From Escherichia phage ST32: DNA of 53,092 nt. The notes under the pieces were generated by a model. It was not told the origin of the DNA, did no database searches, and saw only the letters and a program-made list of their open reading frames with translations. The stretch is taken from the sequence record NC_047830.1. One strand, given 5' to 3'. The translations under genes were made by a program, and so were the position numbers. Below are positions 1-7,714 of the stretch, one piece after another. Position 1 is the stretch's first letter; each line of letters opens with the position of its first letter.

Positions 1-172
1 TTGGATACGGTGAAGGCTGACGTTTGTCAGTTATATGCGAGAAGAGATTCGATGCGTTAGCGTCGTTTCTCTTTGAGCTAGAATAAAACAAGTAAATTAA
101 ATATTTATTTATTCCCAATATTGCTACAATATTAAGAGTAATATTAGGAATGCGTAAAGTCAAAACCAAATG

Positions 173-238
173 GTACATGGTCGGTCAACTGTACCTGGAT
201 AGTAATTCGTTCATGGTCGGTCAGCTGTATCTCGCCGA
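173..238 (+). repeat. two direct copies of CATGGTCGGTCA(A/G)CTGTA (about 173-200 and 211-236); third related copy at 3596-3614
   Basis: repeat read directly from sequence; first copy flanked by inverted GGTAC/GTACC. Confidence 0.6.
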
Positions 239-317
239 AATTTGTTCGAATGGAAAACCGACTATTAAATAATTTTTTTTTATAATTTTTTTTTTATTTC
301 AATATTGCTACAGAATT

Positions 318-401
318 AATGAGACTAGAATTCGTAACAAAGCTACGAGACTCGAATTGTTACGAATTGTTACGATATTAACGAGACTAGAATTGTGGCA
401 A
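318..401 (+). repeat. iteron-like cluster: three copies of GAGACT(A/C)GAATT plus tandem GAATTGTTAC x2
   Basis: direct repeats at about 321, 347 and 383 in the non-coding leader upstream of the RNA polymerase gene. Confidence 0.6.
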
Positions 402-588
402 TATTATAATTTTTTTATTTTGGGCCAGCGGGGAGGGGAAGCCCAACGTCCTATCGGACTTAAAATACGGTCCCTACTCCAACTTTTTCCTACAGCCTAT
501 CGGCTTTCAAACAACACCAAGTTAGGCGCTTCGCTTATGGGTCAAGGTCAAAGTCTCCGTGCTGTTGTAACAATGGCACAGGTTTGTG

Positions 589-606
589 ATATTAGTTGGA
601 AGTGAA
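589..606 (+). promoter_or_regulatory. conserved phage promoter-like motif (ATTAGTTGGAAGTGAA), upstream of RNA polymerase gene
   Basis: member of an 11-copy family with consensus CATTAGTTGGATGTGAA, all in intergenic DNA upstream of + strand genes. Confidence 0.5.
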
Positions 607-672
607 TTGTGTAATGGCTACGCTATTATAATCCGTTTCAGTTAAATCATACACAATCTTGGAGACTTACAA

Positions 673-2613
673 ATGACTACTATCACCACTCAAACTATCA
701 AATCCGTTGTTCCTGCTATCACTGCTCTGGTATACCGTGCCAAAGAGAAACAGAACTATATGCAGCCTCAGACTTGTGCTATTGCTGCCTTAGCCATCTT
801 CAAGATGATGACGTCTTTCACTCGTGATGACGTTGTTCCTGCCATCGCGATGGTTGAGCTGGCTTCTGCTTCTATTGCTGATGCCAACCGTTATAACAAC
901 GATTTGAAAGCAATGCACTATGTTGACCCAGCTATCAACCTCATTGGTCTGGCTAAGCACTTTGGCTTCATTACCATGAACGAAGACAAGTCATTCCAAC
1001 AAACTGATACATGGGTTGAACTGGTTACAACCAAAGACACAGCAGTGCCATTCACTGAACGTGTTACATCTGAATCTCGTCGCAAGCCTTTCGTTAAAGG
1101 TGGCAAAGTTAAGCCATCCAAGACTCTGAAAGCTGCAATCGAATTCCTGCAAGATACTGAGTACCATGTGGAGACTGAGATGGTTCGCATCATCCAGTCC
1201 ATGCTTGAGCAACGTACTTATGGCGGCTTGCAGATGCCAGAAGCAATCCAGACTGAACTCCATGTTTGGAACAATGCTGTAGCAATGATGAATCAGGACA
1301 CGCTGTATTCTGACTACTTTGCTGATAACCGTGGTCGCCTGTATCATGTAGCATGTGCTGGTCCTAACCCACAATCATCTGACTTTGCTCGTTGCTTGTA
1401 TTCTCACAATGTTGAGAACATCGTTAAGAAGTTTAACGAAGATGGTTCTACTACCATTGCATACAACATGTTCATGGCAGAGCTGGAAGATATTTCCGGT
1501 GGTGAATGGTGCAGTGCTAAGCGTCTGACTTATGTTGCTCAGAATCCAGCTGGTTCACTTGCTCGCATGATGAACATGCCTAAAGCTGAACGTCCTTCTA
1601 AGCCATTCACTTATGTTCGTCTGGCTCTGGATTGGTTCAAGTTTGAGACTACAGGTGAATGCGATTCTCGTGTAGGCTTTGGCTTAGATGCTAAATGTTC
1701 TGGTACTCAATATCTGGCATTCATTGCTGGTAACATGGAAATGGCTCGTGCAACAGGTCTGGTTGATTCTGAGACTAAAGCATCTGACCCATACCAGTTG
1801 AGTCTTCGTGAACTGTTGAAGCTGCTGGATAAATCTTCAATGAAGCCATCTCCTGAAATCATGGATGAATTCTTGAATCCGAAAGCTGGTCGTAAGTTTA
1901 TCAAAACTCCATACATGGCTATTCAATATGGTGGTGGTAAAGCTGCATTGACTGGCTCTTCTGACTTCATTAGCTACATGACAGAAGCACTCCAGATTCC
2001 TATGGAGAAAGCTGAGGCATTTGCTGAACTGTGTGTGGAAGCAATCCATAACGCATTGGGTGCTAAGATTAACATGTTCATTGAGAAAGCTGCTGATGCT
2101 GCATACAACCGTTGTGTTGAACTTGGTAAAGAGTATATCACATATCGTCACACTGATGGTCAGGTTGTAATGAAGCCTTGCTTCCCATCTCGTGAAATCT
2201 GTGAGGCATTCAGCATTCGTGTTGATTCTCAAACTCGTGTCATCTTTGGTCAGATTCAGGAGAATAAGCCTTGGACCATTCGTGAATCCAATCCAACTAA
2301 AGAAGAATTCAAGCGTACTTTCGTTGTTAACTACATTCAAGGTATTGATGCACTTGTTGCTCGTACTGTTGCAGTTAAAGCTAAAGAAGCTGGTCTTCGT
2401 GGCTTCACTTCAATCCATGATTGTTTCCGTTGCTGTTTGGCAGATGCTCCACGCATGATGGAAGTTATTCGTGCAGCATATGTTGAAATCTTTGTAACCA
2501 ACAATCAATTCGAGAATCTGTCTAAGCAACTTGGTGGCATTCAGATGTATCATGAGAACATCGTAACCGAAGAGCTTCTGATGAGCGAACACGCTTACTA
2601 CTTCTGCCAGTAA
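673..2613 (+). CDS. single-subunit DNA-dependent RNA polymerase, compact (646 aa)
   Basis: T7 RNAP-like motifs in order: GLDAKCSGTQ (motif A), RKFIKTPYMAIQYGGG (motif B), IHDCFRC (motif C); GGAGA RBS 7 nt upstream of the ATG. Confidence 0.85.
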   Translation: MTTITTQTIKSVVPAITALVYRAKEKQNYMQPQTCAIAALAIFKMMTSFTRDDVVPAIAMVELASASIADANRYNNDLKAMHYVDPAINLIGLAKHFGFITMNEDKSFQQTDTWVELVTTKDTAVPFTERVTSESRRKPFVKGGKVKPSKTLKAAIEFLQDTEYHVETEMVRIIQSMLEQRTYGGLQMPEAIQTELHVWNNAVAMMNQDTLYSDYFADNRGRLYHVACAGPNPQSSDFARCLYSHNVENIVKKFNEDGSTTIAYNMFMAELEDISGGEWCSAKRLTYVAQNPAGSLARMMNMPKAERPSKPFTYVRLALDWFKFETTGECDSRVGFGLDAKCSGTQYLAFIAGNMEMARATGLVDSETKASDPYQLSLRELLKLLDKSSMKPSPEIMDEFLNPKAGRKFIKTPYMAIQYGGGKAALTGSSDFISYMTEALQIPMEKAEAFAELCVEAIHNALGAKINMFIEKAADAAYNRCVELGKEYITYRHTDGQVVMKPCFPSREICEAFSIRVDSQTRVIFGQIQENKPWTIRESNPTKEEFKRTFVVNYIQGIDALVARTVAVKAKEAGLRGFTSIHDCFRCCLADAPRMMEVIRAAYVEIFVTNNQFENLSKQLGGIQMYHENIVTEELLMSEHAYYFCQ

Positions 2614-2633
2614 CAACTATGTGCCAAGGATGG

Positions 2634-2650
2634 CATTAGTTGCATGTGAA
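2634..2650 (+). promoter_or_regulatory. conserved phage promoter-like motif CATTAGTTGCATGTGAA
   Basis: motif family member; 29 bp upstream of the 2679 start. Confidence 0.5.
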
Positions 2651-2678
2651 TCTAATAAAACAATTTGGAGACTTTATA

Positions 2679-2846
2679 ATGTTTACAGTGACCTTAGTAA
2701 CCTATTACGGCAAACAAGTTTGTGAGAAGTTTGAGACTTTAGAAGAAGCAAGAGCTTTTGCAGCTCGTGAAGAGAATATCTATGTAGAGTGTGAAATCAC
2801 TGATGGTGATATGTCATACGAAGTGGTTAAGCCTGCACTCAACTGA
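2679..2846 (+). CDS. hypothetical small protein
   Basis: ORF with GGAG RBS 8 nt upstream of ATG 2679; the track start at 2640 lies inside the promoter motif. Confidence 0.5.
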   Translation: MFTVTLVTYYGKQVCEKFETLEEARAFAAREENIYVECEITDGDMSYEVVKPALN

Positions 2847-2858
2847 TTCCTAATATTC

Positions 2859-2887
2859 GGACAATATTGTTGCATGTAATATTGTCC
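2859..2887 (+). repeat. inverted repeat GGACAATATT-N9-AATATTGTCC with a GCATGT box in the spacer
   Basis: perfect 10-bp arms read from sequence. Confidence 0.6.
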
Positions 2888-2897
2888 CGATATTCGA

Positions 2898-2914
2898 CAT
2901 TAGTTGGATGTGAA
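2898..2914 (+). promoter_or_regulatory. conserved phage promoter-like motif CATTAGTTGGATGTGAA
   Basis: exact consensus copy; no annotated ORF immediately downstream. Confidence 0.5.
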
Positions 2915-3298
2915 GTAAAAGAATACGGAGAAATATTCCGCATGTCATGTTGAATCATTCTAGAAACATTCAGCATGTCAGCTTTGAGTTACAGTGTTGT
3001 AATGATGTGGCAATCATTGAACTCCCTAGGTAGGCCACCTACAGTTCCAGCAACCATGACTTAGAGTAGGAATATCTATCCGAAACTTGGACTTCACCTA
3101 TAGCATGTTCAATTGCGACAATATTGCTCCATCTCCTATTATAAAGGCCCACCCACAAGCCGGGAGATAACTTTGGTAATATTGGAACTTTTGGACATGC
3201 TTCTTTCTTTCAATCAGAATTCGAAAGAAGAGAAGAAGTCGGACAAAGCCGCGAAACTAATCCCGTAGCCCGCCCCGATTTTGAGCAACAAATATTGT

Positions 3299-3310
3299 GA
3301 CAATATTGTC
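3299..3310 (+). repeat. perfect 12-bp palindrome GACAATATTGTC (operator-like)
   Basis: self-complementary 12-mer; related half-sites CAATATTG recur through 2860-3560 and at 110-130, 300-310. Confidence 0.5.
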
Positions 3311-3750
3311 GCAGTATGGCATGTAAATATTGCTACAAATTGGCATGTTGGAATGTGGCAGAATTGTTAGAGGACTAATCACCTCGAAGATACAATCGTC
3401 TACCAATCTGGCATGTTAATTTTGTAACAGTATTTGTGCCAATTTCGCATGTAATAGCTGTATCAGTATTAACCCAATATTCTTGCAACCCGCATGAATA
3501 CTGGCTTCCAGCCAAGCGAAGGCTTTATCATCGCATGTAAATATTGTGACAATATTGGGATAAAACCCTTTATTTAATTAGTTTTATTATGCTGTACATG
3601 GTCGGTTTTCCGTACCTATTGCGCCACTTCTTGATGTGCCAAATACATTCCAAGATAGGAGCAAACCTGTAATTAATGATGCATGTTTAATTGTGACAAA
3701 ATTCGTCTATTTGGCAGATGAGTTAGTTGCAATTAAGCATGTCCATTTAT

Positions 3751-3767
3751 CATTAGTTGCATGTGAA
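3751..3767 (+). promoter_or_regulatory. conserved phage promoter-like motif CATTAGTTGCATGTGAA
   Basis: motif family member; about 190 bp upstream of first early gene. Confidence 0.5.
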
Positions 3768-3873
3768 TAAGACCAAATCTCTGTAAATTTTGCTGAAATT
3801 GTGTGACAGATTTTAGAGAGATTATGTCTCCAAGCTAATCATTGTAGTTTTTCGGCACTTGCTGTGTCACATA

Positions 3874-3935
3874 CTCCCTACAGCTTTAAGGTGGATTGAG
3901 GTAAGACAAGACCTCCACAATCGTTATGTAGGGAG
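3874..3935 (+). promoter_or_regulatory. 5' leader hairpin (9-bp outer stem CTCCCTACA/TGTAGGGAG enclosing an inner stem); candidate RNase III-type processing or translational control element
   Basis: perfect inverted repeat 3874-3882 / 3927-3935, 24 nt upstream of the 3959 start. Confidence 0.4.
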
Positions 3936-3958
3936 TTCTTTTAACTTAGGAGAATAAA

Positions 3959-4177
3959 ATGACTCGTTTTAAAGATTTGGAAGATGGTGCAATCTTCTTT
4001 ACGCGTGGTGGAGAACACCTGCAAAAAGTTTTGGAAGATGATATTAATGTAAATGCAGTATTCGTTGGTGATTCTAACATTGGTGTTTTATTAAATGACA
4101 ATGAGAGAACTTTTACCGAGGAGGAGTTTAAAGAAATCTCAGCCTCTGATTTAGTTCAAGAGCCAATTGAAGTTTAA
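3959..4177 (+). CDS. hypothetical early protein
   Basis: ORF with AGGAGA RBS. Confidence 0.55.
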   Translation: MTRFKDLEDGAIFFTRGGEHLQKVLEDDINVNAVFVGDSNIGVLLNDNERTFTEEEFKEISASDLVQEPIEV

Positions 4178-4216
4178 TGCAGGGGGGAGTAAACCCTCCA
4201 AATTCGGAGAGCAGAA

Positions 4217-4453
4217 ATGAATTACGCGCTGTATCAATACATCAATCGTGACGGTGTTGTTTCTCATGCTTTGGTTAATACTGTAACTAAGGCAGTAATG
4301 TTGGCCGACACGGTGATTTATGGAGAAAGAGGGCGTCTGGTTTGGAAACCTGCTGCACACCCTGAATATGTTTGGCTTGCAATTCAAAATGACAAGCACA
4401 ACAAAATTGTGGCAATGGCTGTTCACCCTCAATTCATTAAAGCACGAGGTTAA
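4217..4453 (+). CDS. hypothetical early protein
   Basis: ORF with GGAGAG RBS. Confidence 0.55.
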   Translation: MNYALYQYINRDGVVSHALVNTVTKAVMLADTVIYGERGRLVWKPAAHPEYVWLAIQNDKHNKIVAMAVHPQFIKARG

Positions 4454-4455
4454 TC

Positions 4456-4644
4456 ATGGACTTCATCGTCTACTTTAAGTTAAATGGTGTGGAGCAAAGA
4501 TTGTACTTCAATTCTTTACTTCGTTTGCAACAGTGGGCGGAGAAGTTTGTTGGGTATGACTTTGAATACATCAACGCATGTACACCTGACGAACATGAGG
4601 AAATCGTGTTCAGTTCTTTAAATCAAATTCTGGAGGCCAAATGA
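4456..4644 (+). CDS. hypothetical early protein
   Basis: ORF with GAGG RBS, tightly packed after the previous gene. Confidence 0.5.
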   Translation: MDFIVYFKLNGVEQRLYFNSLLRLQQWAEKFVGYDFEYINACTPDEHEEIVFSSLNQILEAK

Positions 4645-4835
4645 AGGGCAAGTATGAAAACATATTGCTAAAGTCTCCAAATGGAGTGTTTTATGTGTGC
4701 ACTCCTGAATATAAATTTGCAGCAATGTACCTCGAAAAGTTAAGAGGTTGGATTCCAGTAAATGTGAAAGTGAGTGTGCTGAAAGAGTGTACACTCATTG
4801 GCCGAAATCTAAAATCAAAGGCGGGTTGGTTGTGA
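4641..4835 (+). CDS. hypothetical early protein
   Basis: ORF with GGAGG RBS, ATGA start/stop overlap with upstream gene. Confidence 0.5.
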   Translation: MKGKYENILLKSPNGVFYVCTPEYKFAAMYLEKLRGWIPVNVKVSVLKECTLIGRNLKSKAGWL

Positions 4836-5077
4836 GCCAGTTTAAGTTAAAAGCAGATTTAATCGAGTTGGCCTCTTATGAAGAGAAGGTCGAATTCATT
4901 CAGGAGCGTTTGGTTGTTAACTATGGTGGTTGGTGGGATATTGCAACAGATGAGCTAGTCACCATTGTTAAAGAAGAATTCGGCATTGAGCTGACCAATA
5001 AGCAATTTCTTGATGATGTTCTCACAGATAAAGTCGTTAAAGAAATTACAACCAATTTCATGACAAGTGTTCAGTAG
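4832..5077 (+). CDS. hypothetical early protein (start uncertain; track ORF begins at TTG 4748)
   Basis: GTG 4832 overlaps the upstream TGA (GTGA) and has an AAGGCGGG RBS; the TTG at 4748 has no spacer after its SD. Confidence 0.4.
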   Translation: MSQFKLKADLIELASYEEKVEFIQERLVVNYGGWWDIATDELVTIVKEEFGIELTNKQFLDDVLTDKVVKEITTNFMTSVQ

Positions 5078-5086
5078 GAGTATTAA

Positions 5087-5260
5087 ATGAACGACCAGCA
5101 ATTCAACACATTCATGCAGCAAATTAATCATCAAGAACTGATGGATGCCATTAAAGGCAAGAAGCCAGTCGAGCGTAAATACCGTAAAATTGATAATTAT
5201 ATGCCAACAATCATTGCATGTGTTGGTGTTGCTATTGTTCTCTACTTCCTGGTGAAATAA
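5087..5260 (+). CDS. small membrane protein (57 aa, C-terminal hydrophobic segment)
   Basis: ORF below the track cutoff, translated by hand; AGGAG RBS. Confidence 0.4.
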   Translation: MNDQQFNTFMQQINHQELMDAIKGKKPVERKYRKIDNYMPTIIACVGVAIVLYFLVK

Positions 5261-5355
5261 TGTCAATTGTTAAGAAATTAGTATTCTGTATTTTAATGTT
5301 CCCTTTGGTGCTGCTCGTTGTGGGCAGCTTCATGTACTTAAACTAAGGTAATTAA

Positions 5356-5667
5356 ATGGCTTCTTTACTCGAATTCTCAAATATTGCAAATGTTGCTAAG
5401 AATTCTATTCCTAAAAATCCAGATGTAGTTGCATACATGCGTGTTGATGTGAGTTTGTTGGCCTTTGTAATGGACCACATCAACCTTGTTGAAGAGCAGT
5501 TGCATCAAGCCAATGAAACAATTGATACTCTTCGTGAACTTCGTACAGCAGAGCAAAGTGCTTACGATGAACTGATGGAGCAGAAGAACAAGCTCCAAGA
5601 ACAGTTGGCAGATGCACTTCAACAAATTGAAGAACTGACGCCAACAGCCAGCTCAGCAACCAAATAA
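5356..5667 (+). CDS. hypothetical protein, predicted coiled coil
   Basis: ORF with AAGG RBS; heptad-like charged sequence. Confidence 0.55.
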   Translation: MASLLEFSNIANVAKNSIPKNPDVVAYMRVDVSLLAFVMDHINLVEEQLHQANETIDTLRELRTAEQSAYDELMEQKNKLQEQLADALQQIEELTPTASSATK

Positions 5668-5682
5668 CAATTGGGAGTTATT

Positions 5683-5943
5683 ATGGCGACTAAGACCGGA
5701 ATGATGATTGTCCCAAGCCGTAATAACTCTTTAAGCGGCTTTACACCATATAAAATCTATGAAGTAATTTCTGGCACTGGTGAAGCAAACCTGTCAGAAG
5801 TTGCTTTGAAGTTGGGCCGTATGGTCCACTCCGAAATCTCCTGTAACGTAGTTGATGACGAAGGTAAAATCCGTTTTGTAACAATGGATTTCTTTCGTGA
5901 ATTTAACCTCAAATCTGAATTGGGAGTTCTGTACCATGAATGA
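5683..5943 (+). CDS. hypothetical protein
   Basis: ATG 5683 preceded by GGGAG; track start is TTG 5671. Confidence 0.5.
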   Translation: MATKTGMMIVPSRNNSLSGFTPYKIYEVISGTGEANLSEVALKLGRMVHSEISCNVVDDEGKIRFVTMDFFREFNLKSELGVLYHE

Positions 5944-6118
5944 GGATGATGTTGTTTGCCCGAAGTGTGGCAGCAATAACGTAGACCATGTAACACACGA
6001 AGCAGTGGGAATGTATGGTCCCGTAGTTCTGGACAGTGCATTCTGTGTAGATTGTGGTTTAAACATTTATCGTGGAAAACTTATAGACAACAGTGGGAAT
6101 ATCCCGCCAAAAGGATAA
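5936..6118 (+). CDS. zinc-ribbon protein (CPKCG...CVDCG)
   Basis: two CxxC pairs; ATG 5936 overlaps upstream stop. Confidence 0.45.
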   Translation: MNEDDVVCPKCGSNNVDHVTHEAVGMYGPVVLDSAFCVDCGLNIYRGKLIDNSGNIPPKG

Positions 6119-6120
6119 TC

Positions 6121-6348
6121 ATGAAATTTAAATGTGTTGCTTCAACCAAAGATTATGTTCCAGTTGGCTTCATCGTTGAAGGTGAAGCTATCTCACCTTT
6201 GGAATTTAAAGTGACTAAATCTGCTGAGAATGTTTCTCCAGCATTTCGTAAAGGTGCTGTAGTTCCTATGAATGGTGCATTCTGGACATGGCAGCGTGAC
6301 CATGAAGCAGAATTTGCAGATATTTGTGAACAAGGTTTATTGCAATGA
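6121..6348 (+). CDS. hypothetical protein, paralog of 6345-6575
   Basis: AAGGA RBS; N-terminus MKFKCVAST.. resembles the next gene's MTKFKCVKST.. Confidence 0.5.
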   Translation: MKFKCVASTKDYVPVGFIVEGEAISPLEFKVTKSAENVSPAFRKGAVVPMNGAFWTWQRDHEAEFADICEQGLLQ

Positions 6349-6575
6349 CAAAGTTTAAATGTGTGAAATCAACCTCCTCATCTGAACATACTCCGAAAGT
6401 TGGGGATGTGATTGAGGGAGAACTTATCCACATACAGAGAAGACACGGAACAGACACTCGAATAGTTATTTCGAATGTTGGAAACCGAATGGCTGCAAAC
6501 GGAAGGCCATATTGGAACATTGGTGAAAAGGTTCCGCTAAAAGGTAGTGTCTGGTCCTGGGAAGAAGTCAAATAA
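6345..6575 (+). CDS. hypothetical protein, paralog of 6121-6348
   Basis: ATGA overlap with upstream gene; shared KFKCV..ST..VG..EGE motif. Confidence 0.5.
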   Translation: MTKFKCVKSTSSSEHTPKVGDVIEGELIHIQRRHGTDTRIVISNVGNRMAANGRPYWNIGEKVPLKGSVWSWEEVK

Positions 6576-6638
6576 TTTCCTCAACCACTTTTGTAATGAG
6601 AGTGGTTGCTGAATATTATTAATTAACTTGGAGCATTT

Positions 6639-6929
6639 ATGAAACAGCGTACTCGTTTACAACGTGACCCAGCCACAGGTCGCTTGTTACCAGCATATTT
6701 GAAAGTTGGTGACTTAGTTTACACTCGTGACTTTGCTTTTGATATTTGTCCAAGCAAAGCGTATGAAGTTCTTGCCACCAGCCTGTCTGGTCCTAAAGTG
6801 ATATTTGGTGCGCTTGAGCCAATCCAATTAACAGGAACTCAGTTTGTCATTAAAGACGAATCTGGTTGCAATCGTATCTTCAATCTCGAAGGTGGTTTAT
6901 CCAAATGGGAGAAGGTGAAGCGTGGGTAA
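6639..6929 (+). CDS. hypothetical protein
   Basis: ORF with GGAG RBS. Confidence 0.55.
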   Translation: MKQRTRLQRDPATGRLLPAYLKVGDLVYTRDFAFDICPSKAYEVLATSLSGPKVIFGALEPIQLTGTQFVIKDESGCNRIFNLEGGLSKWEKVKRG

Positions 6930-7155
6930 GAACTATATCGAAATGTTTAAGCAACTGTCCATCAATGGGCAGGAGTTCTTGCTAAACGATGCAAGGCAAG
7001 ATATTGAGCTGTCTGATAAATACAGTTACTCATATCAGAGAACTATTGTAAAATGGACGTTCTCTTATATATCTTACAATCTCCCAGGAGAAACGCTTGT
7101 AATTAGCGGTTCTGGTGATTCAGTTTTAGCAGCTTTGGAGAAATTAAAGCAATGA
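6922..7155 (+). CDS. hypothetical protein (GTG start)
   Basis: GAAGG RBS 6 nt upstream of GTG 6922. Confidence 0.45.
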   Translation: MGKNYIEMFKQLSINGQEFLLNDARQDIELSDKYSYSYQRTIVKWTFSYISYNLPGETLVISGSGDSVLAALEKLKQ

Positions 7156-7439
7156 ACAAGAATTCAATCTTACGTTATGTTGGTAAAACAAACTACAACT
7201 TTACCAACGGTAAGAAGTACAAAATCGTCGCAGGTCGTGGTGACGGGGTTCCTCGCAACAACGGTACACTCGGTGCGTATATTCAATCTCCTTTGGGTTT
7301 TGTCGTTAATGACGATAACCGCAATTTATGTTATCGTACATTCTCCGATAATTGGGAACTTGTGAAAGATTCTGGTGAAGTTAGTTGGTATAAACCTGAA
7401 TCAAACATGGACCCAATTCCAATTTCAAAGGTGATGTAA
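7152..7439 (+). CDS. hypothetical protein
   Basis: ORF, start overlaps upstream stop. Confidence 0.5.
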   Translation: MNKNSILRYVGKTNYNFTNGKKYKIVAGRGDGVPRNNGTLGAYIQSPLGFVVNDDNRNLCYRTFSDNWELVKDSGEVSWYKPESNMDPIPISKVM

Positions 7440-7636
7440 TGCGAGTAAATACTCATTTGTACAGCCACAAAAGCCACAGTCCTATGAACATCTTTGCTGG
7501 ATGGACTCTGTGGTTTGTTGGTGAAGAATGTAGTCCTTGGCATAACGTCGAGTGCAAATTCTTTCCAGTGAAGCCTACCAAAAAGCAAATCCGCAAATTG
7601 CGTAGGAAGTTTATAAACGATTGTAAGTCCTGTTAA
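7439..7636 (+). CDS. hypothetical Cys-containing small protein
   Basis: ORF with AAGGTGA RBS. Confidence 0.45.
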   Translation: MRVNTHLYSHKSHSPMNIFAGWTLWFVGEECSPWHNVECKFFPVKPTKKQIRKLRRKFINDCKSC

Positions 7637-7677
7637 ATTAACAAGGAGCATTCATTGAGTGTTCCTGATTAATCTAA

Positions 7678-7694
7678 CATTAGTTGAGTGTGAA
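7678..7694 (+). promoter_or_regulatory. conserved phage promoter-like motif CATTAGTTGAGTGTGAA
   Basis: motif family member, 20 bp upstream of gene 7715. Confidence 0.5.
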
Positions 7695-7714
7695 TAGCAA
7701 CTTCTGGAGGGCTT

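Larger units (their letters stand above)
2870..3700 (+). repeat. AT-rich region with at least 12 GCATGT-boxes followed by AATATTG-type sequence, and GACAATATTGTC palindromes; candidate origin or early-promoter cluster
   Basis: repeated GCATGT(A/T)AAT..TTG(T/C)(G/A)ACA..ATTG units, e.g. 3103-3130, 3315-3340, 3533-3559; no ORF of 60 aa or more on any strand across 2847-3958. Confidence 0.55.

Noticed and set aside
357-605. 82-aa ORF in the leader upstream of the RNAP gene
   Set aside because: Lies in repeat-dense non-coding DNA, overlaps iterons and a promoter-motif copy, no RBS; likely spurious.
607-632. Sigma70-like promoter TTGTGT-N14-TATAAT upstream of the RNAP gene
   Set aside because: The -10 hexamer is perfect but the spacer is only 14 bp and the -35 is weak; kept out of the feature list.
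918-2616. Several minus-strand ORFs (918-1202, 991-1374, 1707-1916, 1837-2340, 2410-2616) inside the RNAP gene
   Set aside because: Antisense to a strongly supported gene; no other minus-strand genes in the window; typical shadow ORFs.
2870-3700. Possible CRISPR array suggested by many short repeats
   Set aside because: Repeats are degenerate, irregularly spaced and AT-rich with no uniform repeat-spacer periodicity; they look like promoter or operator elements.
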